Source of the DNA: the human T2T-CHM13v2.0 reference genome, Homo sapiens
Direction: 5' to 3' (one strand)
Assembly (NCBI RefSeq): GCF_009914755.1
Contig: NC_060937.1
Length of the DNA stretch: 64,000 bases
Numbering within the stretch: the stretch's first letter is position 1; each line of letters begins with the position of its first letter. The notes beneath the pieces were generated by a model. The model saw only the letters and a program-made list of their open reading frames with translations, made no database searches and was not told where the DNA came from. Both the position numbers and the translations under genes were made by a program. Below, one piece after another: positions 1 to 12,283 of this stretch.

Positions 1-267
1 ATTTCTAAATGTGTGCAGTGATATATATAGGAATAAATATTTCATAATCCATATTATACTGCTTTTTTAAAAAATCAAATTTTTAATAATCACCTCAATG
101 AGAAGAAACTTTTGTTTTCTTGAAAACCATTATCAAAATCCTGTTTTCTAAACAGCATATTTCCAGCACAGATTAAATTGCCAGTATATTTGTATACTAA
201 GAAAGCAGACATTCCATTTGGAAGTACTACACATATTCACAAAGGTCTGTAAAATCTGAGTCTTATG

Positions 268-435
268 CAGTGGTTCTCAAACCTTGGTATGCACTATAAT
301 TGTTTGGGAAGTTTTAAAGAGTAGTAATGCCTGAGTTTAACCCTAGAATCGGGTTTCATTGATTGTAGCCGAGTATTGATATAATTTTGACTTCCTCTGG
401 TGATTCTAAAGAATAGTCAGTATGAAGAACTACTG
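268..435. mobile_element. MER5-like hAT-Charlie non-autonomous DNA transposon
   Basis: Starts CAGTGGTTCTCAAAC and ends GAAGAACTACTG (terminal inverted repeats); about 170 bp; internal CTGGTGATTCTAA typical of MER5. Confidence 0.65.
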
Positions 436-464
436 TCTCAGTGGACCCCAGACTTTGCTGTGCA

Positions 465-970
465 CATTTTGTGTTGAACTGTGTCCCCCAGAAGGATATG
501 TTGAACCTGTAATCAATGAGACCTGCAAATGTGACCTTATTTGGAAACAGGGCTTTGCAGATGTAATCTAGTTAAGATCAAGTCATACTGGAGTAGGGTG
601 GGCCCTGAGCCAATGACTGATGTTCTTATGAGAGGAGGGGAGTTTGGACACAGACACGCACAGAAAACACCATGCGAAGACACAAGGGTACAGAAGACAT
701 AAAAGAGAGAAGGCCTTGTGAAGACAGAGGTGGAGATCGGAGTGATGCATCCACAAGTCGTAGACCACCAAAGATTGCCAGCCACCACTGGCAATCCAGA
801 AACTGGAAGAGGAGAGGAAGAATTTTTCCTTACAGCCTTCAGAAGGAGCACAACCTCACCCCCTTGATTTCAGAGATGCAGCCTCCAGTACTATGAGAGA
901 ATATATTTCTGCTGTTGTAAGCCACCATGTTTGTGCTACTTGGTCATGGCAGTCCTAGGAAATTAATACA
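465..970 (+). mobile_element. MLT1 (MLT1C-like) MaLR solo LTR, inserted into a second MER5-like copy that starts at 439
   Basis: GTTGAACTGTGTCCCCC...GTGACCTTATTTGGAAA...GGAAATTAATACA; 5-bp TSD GTGCA at 460-464 and 971-975. Confidence 0.85.
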
Positions 971-2057
971 GTGCATTATCATCCTTTGTTGAATATACAA
1001 AAGACAAAGAAGTTCAGTCCTTGTGACACACAGACTTAACTGAGTTTCTGGGAGTAGGTCATGGATGGGCTGCTGAAATTTCCTGCAGCTCTGTAGGCCC
1101 TTGTGGTCCCCAGCCTTGCATCCTTAGAAGAAGTCCCAGGTCCCTCACCTCATCTCCTGACTCTTACCTGCATTCGAAAAAGATCACCAGGAGAGTCCCA
1201 GGAGTCTGTCCTGCAGTCTGAGAAGCCCTGTCTCTGGGGCATCAGGAGGTGCTCCAGGGGTGAGCTTGTTTGCTGTAGCCAAGAAAATAATTTGTAAAAT
1301 GTGTAAGAGCTTCAGTCTCCCAGAAATGGAGTTAGTTGTTAAAAACACAAGTTTTTCCTAAACATAAAAGAGGAGCATTCAGTGCTTCTTTGAAAATCTA
1401 GTTGAAAATTGAGTTCAACACAAAATATTAATTCACTTGCTCTTTAAAATAAAAAAAAAGTCAGGCTCATAAATGGTTAATGTCTCCATCCTTTCATTTT
1501 GAGTGCCAGGCTTTGGTTCTTTTCTTCTTTCTTTTCCATTTTTAGCTTACAGTCAATGGCTTTTCATAATGATTGGAAGGAAACATAACAAAAATCAATT
1601 TCATGACTTATTTTTCCTAACAATATTGGACAATGTGCTTTAGAAAAAAAAAGTATTTGAAATGGGGTTTTAATGTTGTTGAGCCTTCATTTTTATGTTA
1701 ACTGTTTTCTCTCTTTTCTTCCTTGTCCTTTTCACTGTGAAAATGACCTACTTTGAAGTTTCAAATAAAAAGAAGTTAAATAGGCTTTTATTTGGCTCTT
1801 GATTCTTTTTCTAGCAAATTTGGAAAAGGTCCTGACTTTGAGTATAACATGGCTGAGTGTAGAGAAGAAAAGAAAGAGCTTACCCTGACTTGTCTCTTTT
1901 TCCTGGTATGCTCAGGAGAACTTTTCTAGCATGGAGACTAAGCAACTAACTTGCCAATATTTGCACTCTATGAATAGAAGCATTTGGATAAAAAGATACA
2001 AAATAGAGGATGTTTATCTCCTTTTAAAGACATAAGATTAAAAAAATTTAATTATAT

Positions 2058-2730
2058 TGTGTGTGGGATGTGTGGGGGGTGGGGGTGGAGGTGCAGGGGG
2101 CTGTGGGGAGGATTTGGGGTATGTATGGGAGTGAGTTTGGAGGGCTGTGTGTGGAGTGTGTTTGGGGTATGGAGGGGTGTGTGGGGTATGGAGGGGTGTG
2201 GGGGGTTATGGGGGAGTGTTGGGGTGGGGGGAGCTGTGTGTGTGGGAGTGTGGGTTGTGTGAGGTACGTGTGGGTGTGTGGGGGGCTGTGTGTGGAGTGT
2301 GTCCGGGAGTTGTAGGGGGTGTGGGGCATGTTGGGGACTGTGTGTGGGATGTGTGTGTGGGGTTGTAGGGGGTGTAGGCGGCTGTGTGTGGTGTGTGGGG
2401 TTATGAGGATGTGTGTGGTGTGTGTGTGGAGGGGGGTATGTTGGGGGTATGAGGGTGTGGGGGTGCGGTGTATGGGGCTTTAGGGGTGGGTGTGTGGGGG
2501 CTGTGGGGTGTGGGGGTTGTATAGGGGATGGTGGGTGGGGGAAATGTGGGGGTGTGGGGTATGGAGTGAGGTGGAGGCTGTGGAGTGGAGTGGGTAAGGT
2601 GTGGTATGTAGGGGTGTGGAGGGGCTGTGTGTGTTGTGTGTGGAGCTGTGTAAGAGGGAGTGTGGAGTGGGGTGGGGCTGTGGGAGGCTGTGTGGGGTTT
2701 GTGGGGTACGTGTGGTGTGTGTGAGGGTGG

Positions 2731-2775
<45 letters not shown>
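2058..2775 (+). repeat. G/T-rich low-complexity degenerate tandem tract ending in a (GT)n microsatellite
   Basis: Dozens of G3-G6 runs interleaved with TGTG, recurring GGGGCTGTGTGTGGAGTGTG units, pure GT repeat at about 2733-2768. Confidence 0.95.
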
Positions 2776-2777
<2 letters not shown>

Positions 2778-3979
2778 GTTAGGGACCTGGCATTCATTCT
2801 CTCTTAGAAGCTTTGATACGAGCACAGGGCCATTCTCAACAGTACATGATGACAATTATTGCTTTCTAATTAAAAAAACATTGTATGCAACTCCTGAAAT
2901 AAATTTTTGATGTAATTGTTTGTTAAAATTTGTACGACATTGTACTCTTCTCCAGAGAAAATTGCAATCACGCTTCCTTCCAAATAAAATTCCCTCTGCC
3001 ACCACACAGTTTGGTGAACGCCTCCCTAGTGTTCGTCCCTGTGAGCGCAGGTGGAAGCACCTCGCTGGCCTGGGGTCACCAGGAAATGAACGCTTGCACT
3101 GTCATTTCAATGTCATCTGTGAGGGGCCTCTTTTCTCTCTTGAAAGCGATGAGTAAATGAAGAGTAGTGAAGCGGGGGTGAATATCATGCTTCAGAAATG
3201 GAAAATTTATTAGCAGTAATTTAGTGTGAACACATAGCAGCATTAAAATAAACGAAAATGCTCAAGTGGGTCTTCGAAGAGGAGTTTAAGATGGAAACGT
3301 AAGCTTCCATGTTCCTGTGAGTTAAGCTGTATAAAAGGTGCACAAGGCAGGCTGGAGTTGGGTCAATCCAACAGAACAGAGGTTTCTGGCAACGGATTCT
3401 GGGAATCAGTTCCCGGAGGGAGCTGCCGGCAGGGGCAGGAGCTGCTCTCAAGACCGCAGTGTTTCCTTCACCTGGACGCACCTGAGACACCACCCACGGC
3501 AGGACGGTGCAGTCTGTGCTTCAGAGTATGAAGCCCCACGGACGAATTGTTTTCCTGTGAATTTTGAAAGTGGGAAATAAAGACTATGGTTTACATAGTG
3601 GTGTATCTTAACCCATGACATTAGGAAGTTGTTACCTGTAAAACTAGACATGAACAGGTGTGACTAGCTACTGAGGATATGGATACATTTAGCCCCAGGC
3701 TCTGCCTTTTTCAGAGCTTCACCCATGAATCCACTAAACACACCTTTCTCCAAAGCCGAGGTCAACACTCCAGCTCAGATACCCGTGATGAAGTCGCACT
3801 TAGAGTCTGTCGGGCTCCTATGTCGCTCCCAAGCCCTGTTAGCATGTCACGCCCTCTGTCCCAGCAATAATACCTCACCTGCTGTCCTCCTCTGAGAAGC
3901 ACAGAACAGCCTCTGACACCCAGGAGGGTGCAGCTGGCAGACACAGCTGGCCCATGGTGTTCCACTGAACATAAACAAT

Positions 3980-4435
3980 TTTTCCAAACCTCAACTCTCA
4001 GACCAGGTGTCTCTGTGCTCATGATGGAACAAGACCCCTCTGTAACATATGAACACAGACAAACGTGATTATTATTCAGGCCACTCAAACACGGGCTACC
4101 CAAGGCACCCTTGCTGGCTAATCTGAGTGATGCTGCTTCTTGACCAATTACAGCCTTAGCCTGGCTCTTGTCCTCACTCCTTAGAGATAAGATTTACCAT
4201 GAGGCCAATCATAGAACTAATCCATGTCCTGACAGCATCCAACCCACAGAATATCCCACTTCCTTGAACACCCTCTAAAATTACCTAACACAAGTCTACA
4301 TCCTGTAAGTCCCTCTTGCTGAGATGCCCCACGATGCCTCACTGCCTGCATTCTCCCTCACTGCAGCCATGGTAACTCTAATTGGTTTAGCCTCAGGTGT
4401 CCCTGCAGGTCGCAGGTCGTGGTGGAGAGCACTGG
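3980..4435 (+). mobile_element. Old ERV1-class solo LTR (MER67/MER31-like)
   Basis: CCAATTACAGCCTTAGCC, GATAAGATTTA, CCAATCATAGAA, CCTAACACAAG and CTGAGATGCCCCAC resemble recalled MER67-type LTR motifs; boundaries approximate. Confidence 0.45.
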
Positions 4436-5849
4436 CACTCTTTCCCTCCTTCACAATGCCTGCTTCCCTCATTCTTTCCCTAATAAGTCTTTCTTGAATC
4501 CCAGCTGGTTATTCTAGCTCTTGCCAGCTGCTCTCCTCCCTAGCCAGGTGATTATTACATGGCCATCTTTTAACAAATATTTTGGAAACCATATACTGGA
4601 GGATTGGCCTCAACTGACCTGCACTGGAATTCCTCAATTCCCCTGATGCGGCACTTCGGTGCTGGATAATTTCAGACATCCTGGAAGCACTATGCAGGGA
4701 CACTTCTTTGCATCCTTTGTTGCAATTCCTGGAGCTGAGTCTGTTCTTGTAGCCCCCACCAGCCCAGTGTTGCTGAGCGAATGACAGGTCTTGTACCATT
4801 GCCTGCTTGATATGTGACATTCTTAGAAATATTCAGTCATACATTTGTTGGATCTCTGCATTGGGAAATGAGTGTGAACCAGTCTTCAGCAGCACTCTTC
4901 TAAACAGAAGTTTCTCTGATGATATGATTCACAGAGGCTGAGGGAGAGGAATAATTTTTTGCCTCTTTATCATCAGTTATGGATAACTTTTGCTGAAGGG
5001 TTAAGACACAGTGAATTCTGGCTCACACAGATCAAAAGCGAATTTATTCCTTTCCTGACTTTAAATTCTTAAATACATTCAGTCTACATACTGCATGGGT
5101 ATTTTGACTCTCTGAACTCTAAAGTGAAAATGTCAAAATCTTGACTTCTGTGGTGAGTACATGGCATCTCTCTTCTTAAATTAGCTCTAATTGTTTTATA
5201 GATACATATGGATTTCTTTCAGGGACCAGTCACAGAAGCCTGGAATATCCAGATTGGAAATTCACAGTTCATATTGGCTTTATTAGTTTTGCTCCAGTTG
5301 TCTTAGTAGTAGTAGGCTTGTTTAATTCATTCCACAAAATTGAATGGATTAATGGAATCAGGTCAAATCTCCCCACCCCACATGGCTGGAAGGGTCTGAC
5401 TCTGATATGTTTTATAAAGAGCCTGACTTACAGCTTGCTCTTGAGTTAAAAAAAAAGTTCAAAAACAATTTTGCATATTATATAAGGTTACATCCCTAAG
5501 TGATTGATTAACTAGCGCAGTGAAGGTAGTTCCGTTCTTTTAGTGGAAGGTTAATCAGGTCTCTAATACCCCAGGCAGTCGCTCCCCTGCAGATGCTCAA
5601 GTCCCTCTTGGCTCTCTAATCACTAGACAGTCAGCCCCCTCTCCACCTGCTGGGAGTGTTTTGACAGAAAGCAAGGACTTGGCCCTAAGCAGCCTCTGAT
5701 CCTTCCAATAAATAACGCTGCTGATCTTCACGCCTCCTCTTCTGTCTGCCCAGCTTCAACTCCAGTCCTTCTGTGTAAACCTTTAACTTTTTTTATTGTA
5801 TGGATTTTAATGTTCATTGTGGTGGCTACTTTGAGTGGTTTTACAGAAA

Positions 5850-6165
5850 AAAAGGAGTGCACGTGTCAGAGTTCAATGCAAATTCAGAAATTAAGTCCTT
5901 TTTTTTTTTTTTTTTTTTTTACCTTGAGCAGGCTAAGGCTTCCCTTTTAATTAAAGAGCTGCACTCCAGCTCTCCAGTCATAAAAGGACAGCAGCCAACC
6001 GCTGTGGGCTGAATTTGGGGCTGCCTTTGAGTCAGCCTGAGCTGATGTGTTTTCTGGAATGACTTTTTCTTTTTTGAAGTCGATCTACAGGAATCGGCCT
6101 CATCAGCTGTGTGTGTTGAGAGGTGGGGACGGGGGAGGGATGTGTCAGACTCTGAGCGTGGACCA
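5850..6165 (+). promoter_or_regulatory. MYO16: Probable promoter of the upstream MYO16 first exon
   Basis: Repeat-free and directly upstream of a strong donor. Contains CACGTG (5860-5865), T22 (5899-5920), TGAGTCAGC (6028-6036), GGAATG (6056-6061), CAGCTG (6104-6109) and a G-rich box near 6125-6140. Confidence 0.55.
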
Positions 6166-6168
6166 GAA

Positions 6169-6256
6169 CTGCGCTCGGAGACTTTCAGTGAAAGCAGAGG
6201 AGAGATTTCCAAAGGTTGTATTTTCCTTCTGGTTGGAGCCTCTCATCCACATTGTG
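6169..6256 (+). other. MYO16: Probable non-coding alternative first exon (1a) of MYO16; start approximate
   Basis: Consensus donor GTG|GTAAGT at 6256/6257, local CpG retention, no ATG. The ~33.5 kb distance to the coding first exon fits my recollection of the two MYO16 start sites. Confidence 0.65.
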
Positions 6257-6870
6257 GTAAGTGGGTCAGCTCTGGTTCACTCTTCCTTTTAGAAGAACAG
6301 GAGAAATCCATGCAGGATTAACTCTGCATTTTCCACAAGTGAATTTCAGTTCCCTTGTTTTAACTTTAAAATGTGCATATGTCAGTATCAAAACATTTTT
6401 CTTTGCTTTGGTTTTTGTTTCTGCTTTCTGATAGCTAGATTCAGCTCAGCCTAATTCAATCATTCTCTTTAAAATTTTAACTCTAATTAAAGCTAAAAAA
6501 AAAAGTCCAAATTCTGAAAGTCTTCGTGAGTGAAGAGGAAATATTGAAAAGTTTTGAAAGACAGACAAAAAAAGTGATTTTTTTCAGGTATAAATGCTTT
6601 AGCAAAGTCTTGTGTACAATTTAAGATTGAAGCTCATAATAGAAAATAGTATTTTTTCTTATTCAAGAGCACATACACATTCATTTTAAATGCCTGTATG
6701 GTATGTGTCATACAATTAAAACTGACACCTTTTTTTTACAATATGTGATGTGTTTTGCATATATCATATTTTCACAAAACATAATGTACTTTTGGTAAAA
6801 ACAGTGTATCTAGGTTGTCTGAATTTTTCAGCCTTGACACTTTATTTCTACGAAACAATCACTACCATTT

Positions 6871-7120
6871 GATAGAAGAAATAAAACCTAGTGTTAGCTA
6901 GATCAGCAGGGTGACTAAGGTTACAACAATCTGTACATTTCAAAACAGAAGAGCATAATTAAATGTTTCTAGCATACAGAAAAGACAAATTCTTAAAGTG
7001 ATGGATCCTAAGTACGCTGATTTGGTTTGTAAAAGTTAGATGAATGTACTAAATTATCACATGTACCCTGAAACTATATACATCTATTATGCATCAATAC
7101 AAATTGTTTAAGTTAAAAAA
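6871..7120 (+). mobile_element. L1MA-type 3' end fragment
   Basis: GTACATTTCAAAA...AAATTATCACATGTACCCTGAAACTATATACATCTATTATGCATCAAT followed by an A-rich tail. Confidence 0.75.
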
Positions 7121-7121
7121 T

Positions 7122-7232
7122 AACAGCCATCATTTATGAATGCTTCCTTTACTCAGATGTTAGTTCTTCATATGCGTTATTTCACTACATGCTTACAACA
7201 AACTCATGAGTTAGACATTTTTGTTACTCTCT
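7122..7232 (-). mobile_element. MIR fragment
   Basis: AACAGCCATCATTTATGAATGCTT...TTACAACAAACTCATGAG resembles the antisense MIR tail. Confidence 0.5.
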
Positions 7233-8854
7233 TAAGATATATATTTATAGCAAAGTGATAAATACACATGGTGAAAATAAACCAAATGATACTGAAGGTT
7301 CATAAGGAAAACCTACAATCTCCCTGTAGCTATTCTTACCTAGTTTTGCACCCCAGAGCAAAACATTTAACTATTTATGTTAGCTTTGGGAGGATTTATC
7401 TCCAGATTCCTAAATAATATGTCAAGTCTGAAATTTTTTTTAGATGTTGTCTTATTGATATCCTGCTATTATGGATAGGGATTCAGCTCATCCTACACCA
7501 CTCTCCATCTCCTATCACCCCATTGTGTTTAATATATACATGTAACTTTTAGTTTTTCTCCTGTCAGTCACCTTGGTAACTTCAAAAACCCTTAAGCCTA
7601 TATTTGTTGTTCTATCAACTATAGACAGTATTTCTCAACTCATTTTATAAAATGCAATTGGTAGTTCTCCTGCCCTCTCCTGCCCTGCCGTTCCCCTCCA
7701 CTTTCTAATTTCAGTCAGCCATGGTTTGCTTTTGATCAGCTTGAAACATACAAAATTGCCTGTGTGTGATTACCGGTGGTTTCATGCGGTCATGGTCAAG
7801 GTAAAGAACATTAGGTTGTGTTTCATAACCATTGTAAGGTCTTCTATATCTGTGGGATGGTTTCAAGATGGAAAACCAATTCATATTATTTATAATCTTG
7901 TAACTCTATATGTATGTTTAGAAACAGGGATACATAATAGAAAAAGATAACTTTTCCTACTTTACCAGCCCTTATTGCAAGTGAGAAGTTGCCTTAGAAT
8001 AATTCTGCTTTTGAGTAGTCCACCATTCCCTATCCACGGCTGCTCCACTGCTGAAAATACCATTAGTACTGAAAAGGTGAATCACCAGCACCTTGGAGAT
8101 AGCCGCTTTAGTGAGACATGTGGGAAAGGGGGCAGAGATCAATATCAGCGTTACTTTCATTTGTTTATTCCACAAATATTTATTGAGCACTGCCATGAGC
8201 CAGAGATTGTGCAACAGGGCACAGAATGAATCACACAGTGAATCTGATTCCGGCCTTCAAGTCGCTGACACTCTAGTGGTAGTAATTTGTGTGTGGCTTT
8301 CCACAAATAAACATTGTAGTGATAGAGAGAGAGAGAGACAGACAGACAGAGAGACAACACTAAACTTCTCACCTCTAATACAGAAATAGTAAAATTCTTA
8401 TTTGTGTTAAGTGATCTGGAAGATTTTTTATTTCCATATTTTTAAGAATTAAATTCAAATGCATATAACAAACCAAAAGCAAATTGTCTTTCCATGGTAG
8501 AACAATATTTTTAAAGGTTGTTATTCAAGTGATAGGTTGACACTTTTTGTTTTGTTTGTATTTTAGCTGCTACTGACAAATATGAGTTGAAAGTGTCCAC
8601 TTTCTGTTCCTGGACTTGCTACTTCATAGAAAAAATTGTTTCAATGGTGAAATAGGCAGGAATGAATAAGTACGTGTTGAATTCTTATGTGATTTGTAAG
8701 GATGAGTATGATCTCCTCTCGCACCATTTTTATTCATTGGAACATAAAACTGCTTCAATTGATATCAAGTGCAAGAAATCCATGTGTATGAACAACTGGA
8801 GTGCTGAACAAAATTACCTGTGGTTTATTTCTCCTTGTGTAGGTATTCTTTTTC

Positions 8855-9468
8855 TTTTTTTCTTTTTTTTTTATTATACTTTAAGTTTTAGGGTACATGT
8901 GCACAATGTGCCAGTTAGTTACATATGTATACATGTGCCATGCTGGTGTGCTGCACCCATTAACTCGTCATTTAGCATTAGGTATATCTCCTAATGCTAT
9001 CCCTCCCCCCTCCCCCCACCCCATCCCCAGAGTGTGATGTTCCCCTTCCTGTGTCCGTGTGTTCTCATTGTTCAATTCCAATCTATGAGTGAGAACATGT
9101 GTTGTTTGGTTTTTTGTCCTTGCGATAGTTTACTGAGAATGATGATTTCCAATTTCATCCATGTCCCTACAAAGGATATGAACTCATCATTTTTTATGGC
9201 TGCATAGTATTCCATGGTGTATATGTGCCACATTTTCTTAATCCAGTCTATCATTGTTGGACATTTGGGTTGGTTCCAAGTCTTTGCTATTGTGAATAGT
9301 GCCGCAATAAACATACATGTGCATGTGTCTTTATAGCAGCATGATTTATAGTCCTTTGGGTATATACCCAGTAATGGGATGGCTGGGTCAAATGGTGTTT
9401 CTAGTTCTAGATCCCTGAGGAATCGCCACACTGACTTCCACAATGGTTGAACTAGTTTACCGTCCCAC
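8855..9468 (-). mobile_element. 5'-truncated young L1 (L1PA2/L1PA3-like): ORF2 C-terminus plus 3' UTR
   Basis: ORF 9072-9506 translates to the ORF2p C-terminus (KLVQPLWKSVWRFL...HMFSLI). Poly(T) tail; TSD GGTATTCTTTTTC at 8842-8854 and 9473-9485; 3' UTR has GAG, not the Ta ACA diagnostic. Confidence 0.95.
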
Positions 9469-10254
9469 TTGTGGTATTCTTTTTCATAAATACCTTGGGA
9501 AAACAAGGGTTGTGTTCACTCTAGGCTGTTACTTTGTAATTCAAGTATCAGTCATAGGTCACAGTCAGCTTATAGCTAAGAAGGATACGTACCATATAGA
9601 AGAGCATCTAGATCATAGCCCTCCATCCGTATGTTTGGAATCAGTGAAGAAGTAGAGCTATCTCAAATGCATTAAAAAAAATATCAAATGCCCGCTGTGA
9701 GGTTTCTGTGAATTCCCAGGGAGCTGAAAATTTTTATGATTCCTTTTGGCTCTAAATTACTCCTCCACCAATTACTATAATTTTCTGTCTGTCTCACAAA
9801 ACTCACATGCTTTCCCAGTTTTGGGTTGAGAGAGTTCGGACATGAAATGAGGTCCTTTCTTTGTAGCCTTGTACAGGCATGGAAAGAAAAGTAAACAACA
9901 GAAAATCCATTCACAAAGGCCATTTGTGAGCATAGCAGATTTTATGTAAAGTTTGGGAAAATTTTCTTCAATTCCACGTCCAGTAATTTGGCCATCTATT
10001 TGCACAGTCATCCATTGTATTTTTAGACACACCCCCAGGACTTATTTGTACAAACAAAATTATTCAGCTGAAAAAAAGTCAGCAGTACTTCTCTAATTAC
10101 TCCTATTTACCTAATCCTTGACTTTTTAAGATTACATTTTCTTGGACTCTGATTCTGATGCAAAACTTTTGCCAACACTGCCCTGAGAGAGTGTAAGGGT
10201 AGGGGGAAATTGATGAACAAAGGTTGTTCAAGAGTTTCTGATTATGTCAGACAA

Positions 10255-10460
10255 AACTGCTTTTGTACTTTGGCTCTGATATTTGCTGATCATTGGCATT
10301 GCTTAATTTGCTGAACTTCTCTCTAAGCTGCAGTCTTTTTGTATGAGATGTGGGTAATTATAACATTTTACCTACTACATAGAGCTGTGAGCATTGAAAT
10401 AACACAATGCATCAAAGGTGCTTAGCATAGTGTCCAGTACCTTGTGAGAAGCCAATAACT
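10255..10460 (+). mobile_element. MIR
   Basis: Degenerate core plus tail (TAGAGCTGTGAGCATTGAAATAA...AAGGTGCTTAGCATAGTG). Confidence 0.6.
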
Positions 10461-11918
10461 TTCCTTTGTTAACATTGTATTATTAACGCTGCTACTGTTG
10501 ACCGTTATACATTCAGAAGACTTTAAGTTCCATCAATCATCTTTAGAAATTTTTACTACTATAGAATTTACTACATTTAAAAATAGTTCCCTAGGAGAGA
10601 AGCAAAACTAAAAAACAAAAGGTAAATGGTGGGGAAAACCATACCCTAGAGCTAGTGTCATGGCTGAACTATTTTACTTTCTGTTAGAAATTCTAGGACT
10701 TTGAAGTGAAAATACTTTGAAACTTAGCAACCATGGTATGAACAAGAACACTATTTTTTCTTTCATTTTATGGTTGCTTTTGCAAAATGTAGTAAATGCA
10801 GCCCCTAACAGACCTGTTAGTGATAACGGTCTTGCCTTAAATGCCAACCTGTATTTATTTTACTACGGTTTTTTAAAAGTAAATAAGCTTTTCCAACTTT
10901 ATATTTTCCAGCAGGTCTTATTGAAAATGGGCTTATTTTTATGCCACTTATCCTCATGAAGATTTTTTTTTAATTTTACAGAAAGAAATATGAAGAGAGA
11001 GAGAAAAAAGTAATCCCAGGTCCTTTTTACTTGAGGGCTTCTTGTGTGGCTTTGAACTCAGCAGGTAGGGTGTTTTGACCCATATAAAAGCCTTACAAAG
11101 GGACCACTTTTTTTGCGAGGTAGACAGAGATCACTGTGGATGTGTGCTTCATTCAGTGCATCGTTTCCCTTTGCAGATGTGTGTCCCATGGAGCACCGCA
11201 ACTGAATTTTAAGCTTTCAAAAGTAACATCTAGTATTTGATGAATTTGGACTGTGTTGTGAGAAAGTGGAAAATTAGAGAGCTCCCTGAAACCTGTTAGA
11301 GAATTTCCTGTTATTTATTTTAGCTGTACACCACCAGCAGAGTAATTATTTGAACTTTCAGTAGGTTCCATCCCAATAGATATTTTTAAAAAATGAGAAG
11401 GAACATAATTTTAAATCACATATATATAAATTATATGCAGACGAAACAAAGGGGAAAACCAAATTAGTTCTTCTCTACTTAAAGAACTATGAATTATATG
11501 GTCATCTAAAATCCGATTGGGGACTAGACAGTTTATTTCTTTTTAAATATGACAATATAGTAATTTTTTTCAAGTGTCAAGATGATTCTAAATTCTTCCA
11601 TGCAGGGTATATGAAGAGGCTGTGTCCAGAGAAGTTATAAGATAATCCTAGGGACCCAGAGGCTATGCACATTCACCTGCATCCCAGACCTTTGTCCCAA
11701 CTTCCAACCCTGCCCTGAGCCTAGTCCTTCATATTTCTAGTCCTTGTATTTAGAATAAGGCAAGGTAGGCAGTGGGTGAACACTGCTGAGTGTTTGGTTA
11801 TGTGACCTTTATGTTATCCTGAGGCAGTTCACCAAGACGTTCAGGAGCCTACATTTCCTCAGGCCTCTCAATTTGGGAGAGTGTGACTTTGAAATTGGTG
11901 CTCTCAATTCTTTCAACC

Positions 11919-12283
11919 TGCTGTGGACTGAATGTTTGTGATGCAACCAAATTCATATGTTGAACCGAAATCCCCAGTGTGGTCATATTAGGAGGCTGGG
12001 CCACGGGGTGGTGAGGAAGTCATAATGGTGGGGCCCTCATGATGAGATTAGTGCCCTTATAAGAAGACACACTAGAGTTTTCTCTCTCTCTCATTGTTAT
12101 GTGAGGATATGATGAAAAAAAAAAAAAAAAAACAGCCCAGGAAGAATTCCATCACTGGACACCAGGTCTGCCAGTGCCTTGATCCGGGACTTCCCAGCCT
12201 CACAACTCTGAGAAGTACATGTCTGTGATTTAAGCCATGTGGCCTCAGGCATTCTCTTTTAGGACCCTGAATGGACTGAGGCA
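11919..12283 (+). mobile_element. MLT1A-like MaLR solo LTR with an internal A17 run
   Basis: TGCTGTGGACTGAATGTTTGTG...AAATTCATATGTTGAA...GGACTTCCCAGCCTC...GGACTGAGGCA. Confidence 0.8.

Noticed and set aside
1984-2855. Many overlapping long ORFs (up to 267 aa, His/Pro/Thr- or Gly/Val/Cys-rich)
   Set aside because: Artefact of the low-complexity G/T tract, which has few stop codons in several frames.
9072-9506. 144-aa ORF with real protein similarity
   Set aside because: C-terminal fragment of L1 ORF2p in a truncated insertion, not a host gene.
11115-11175. Imperfect ~60-nt hairpin (GATCACTGTGGATG...CATTCAGTGCATC) as a possible pre-miRNA
   Set aside because: Bulged, wobble-rich pairing and no known miRNA recognised; not supportable without folding and small-RNA data.
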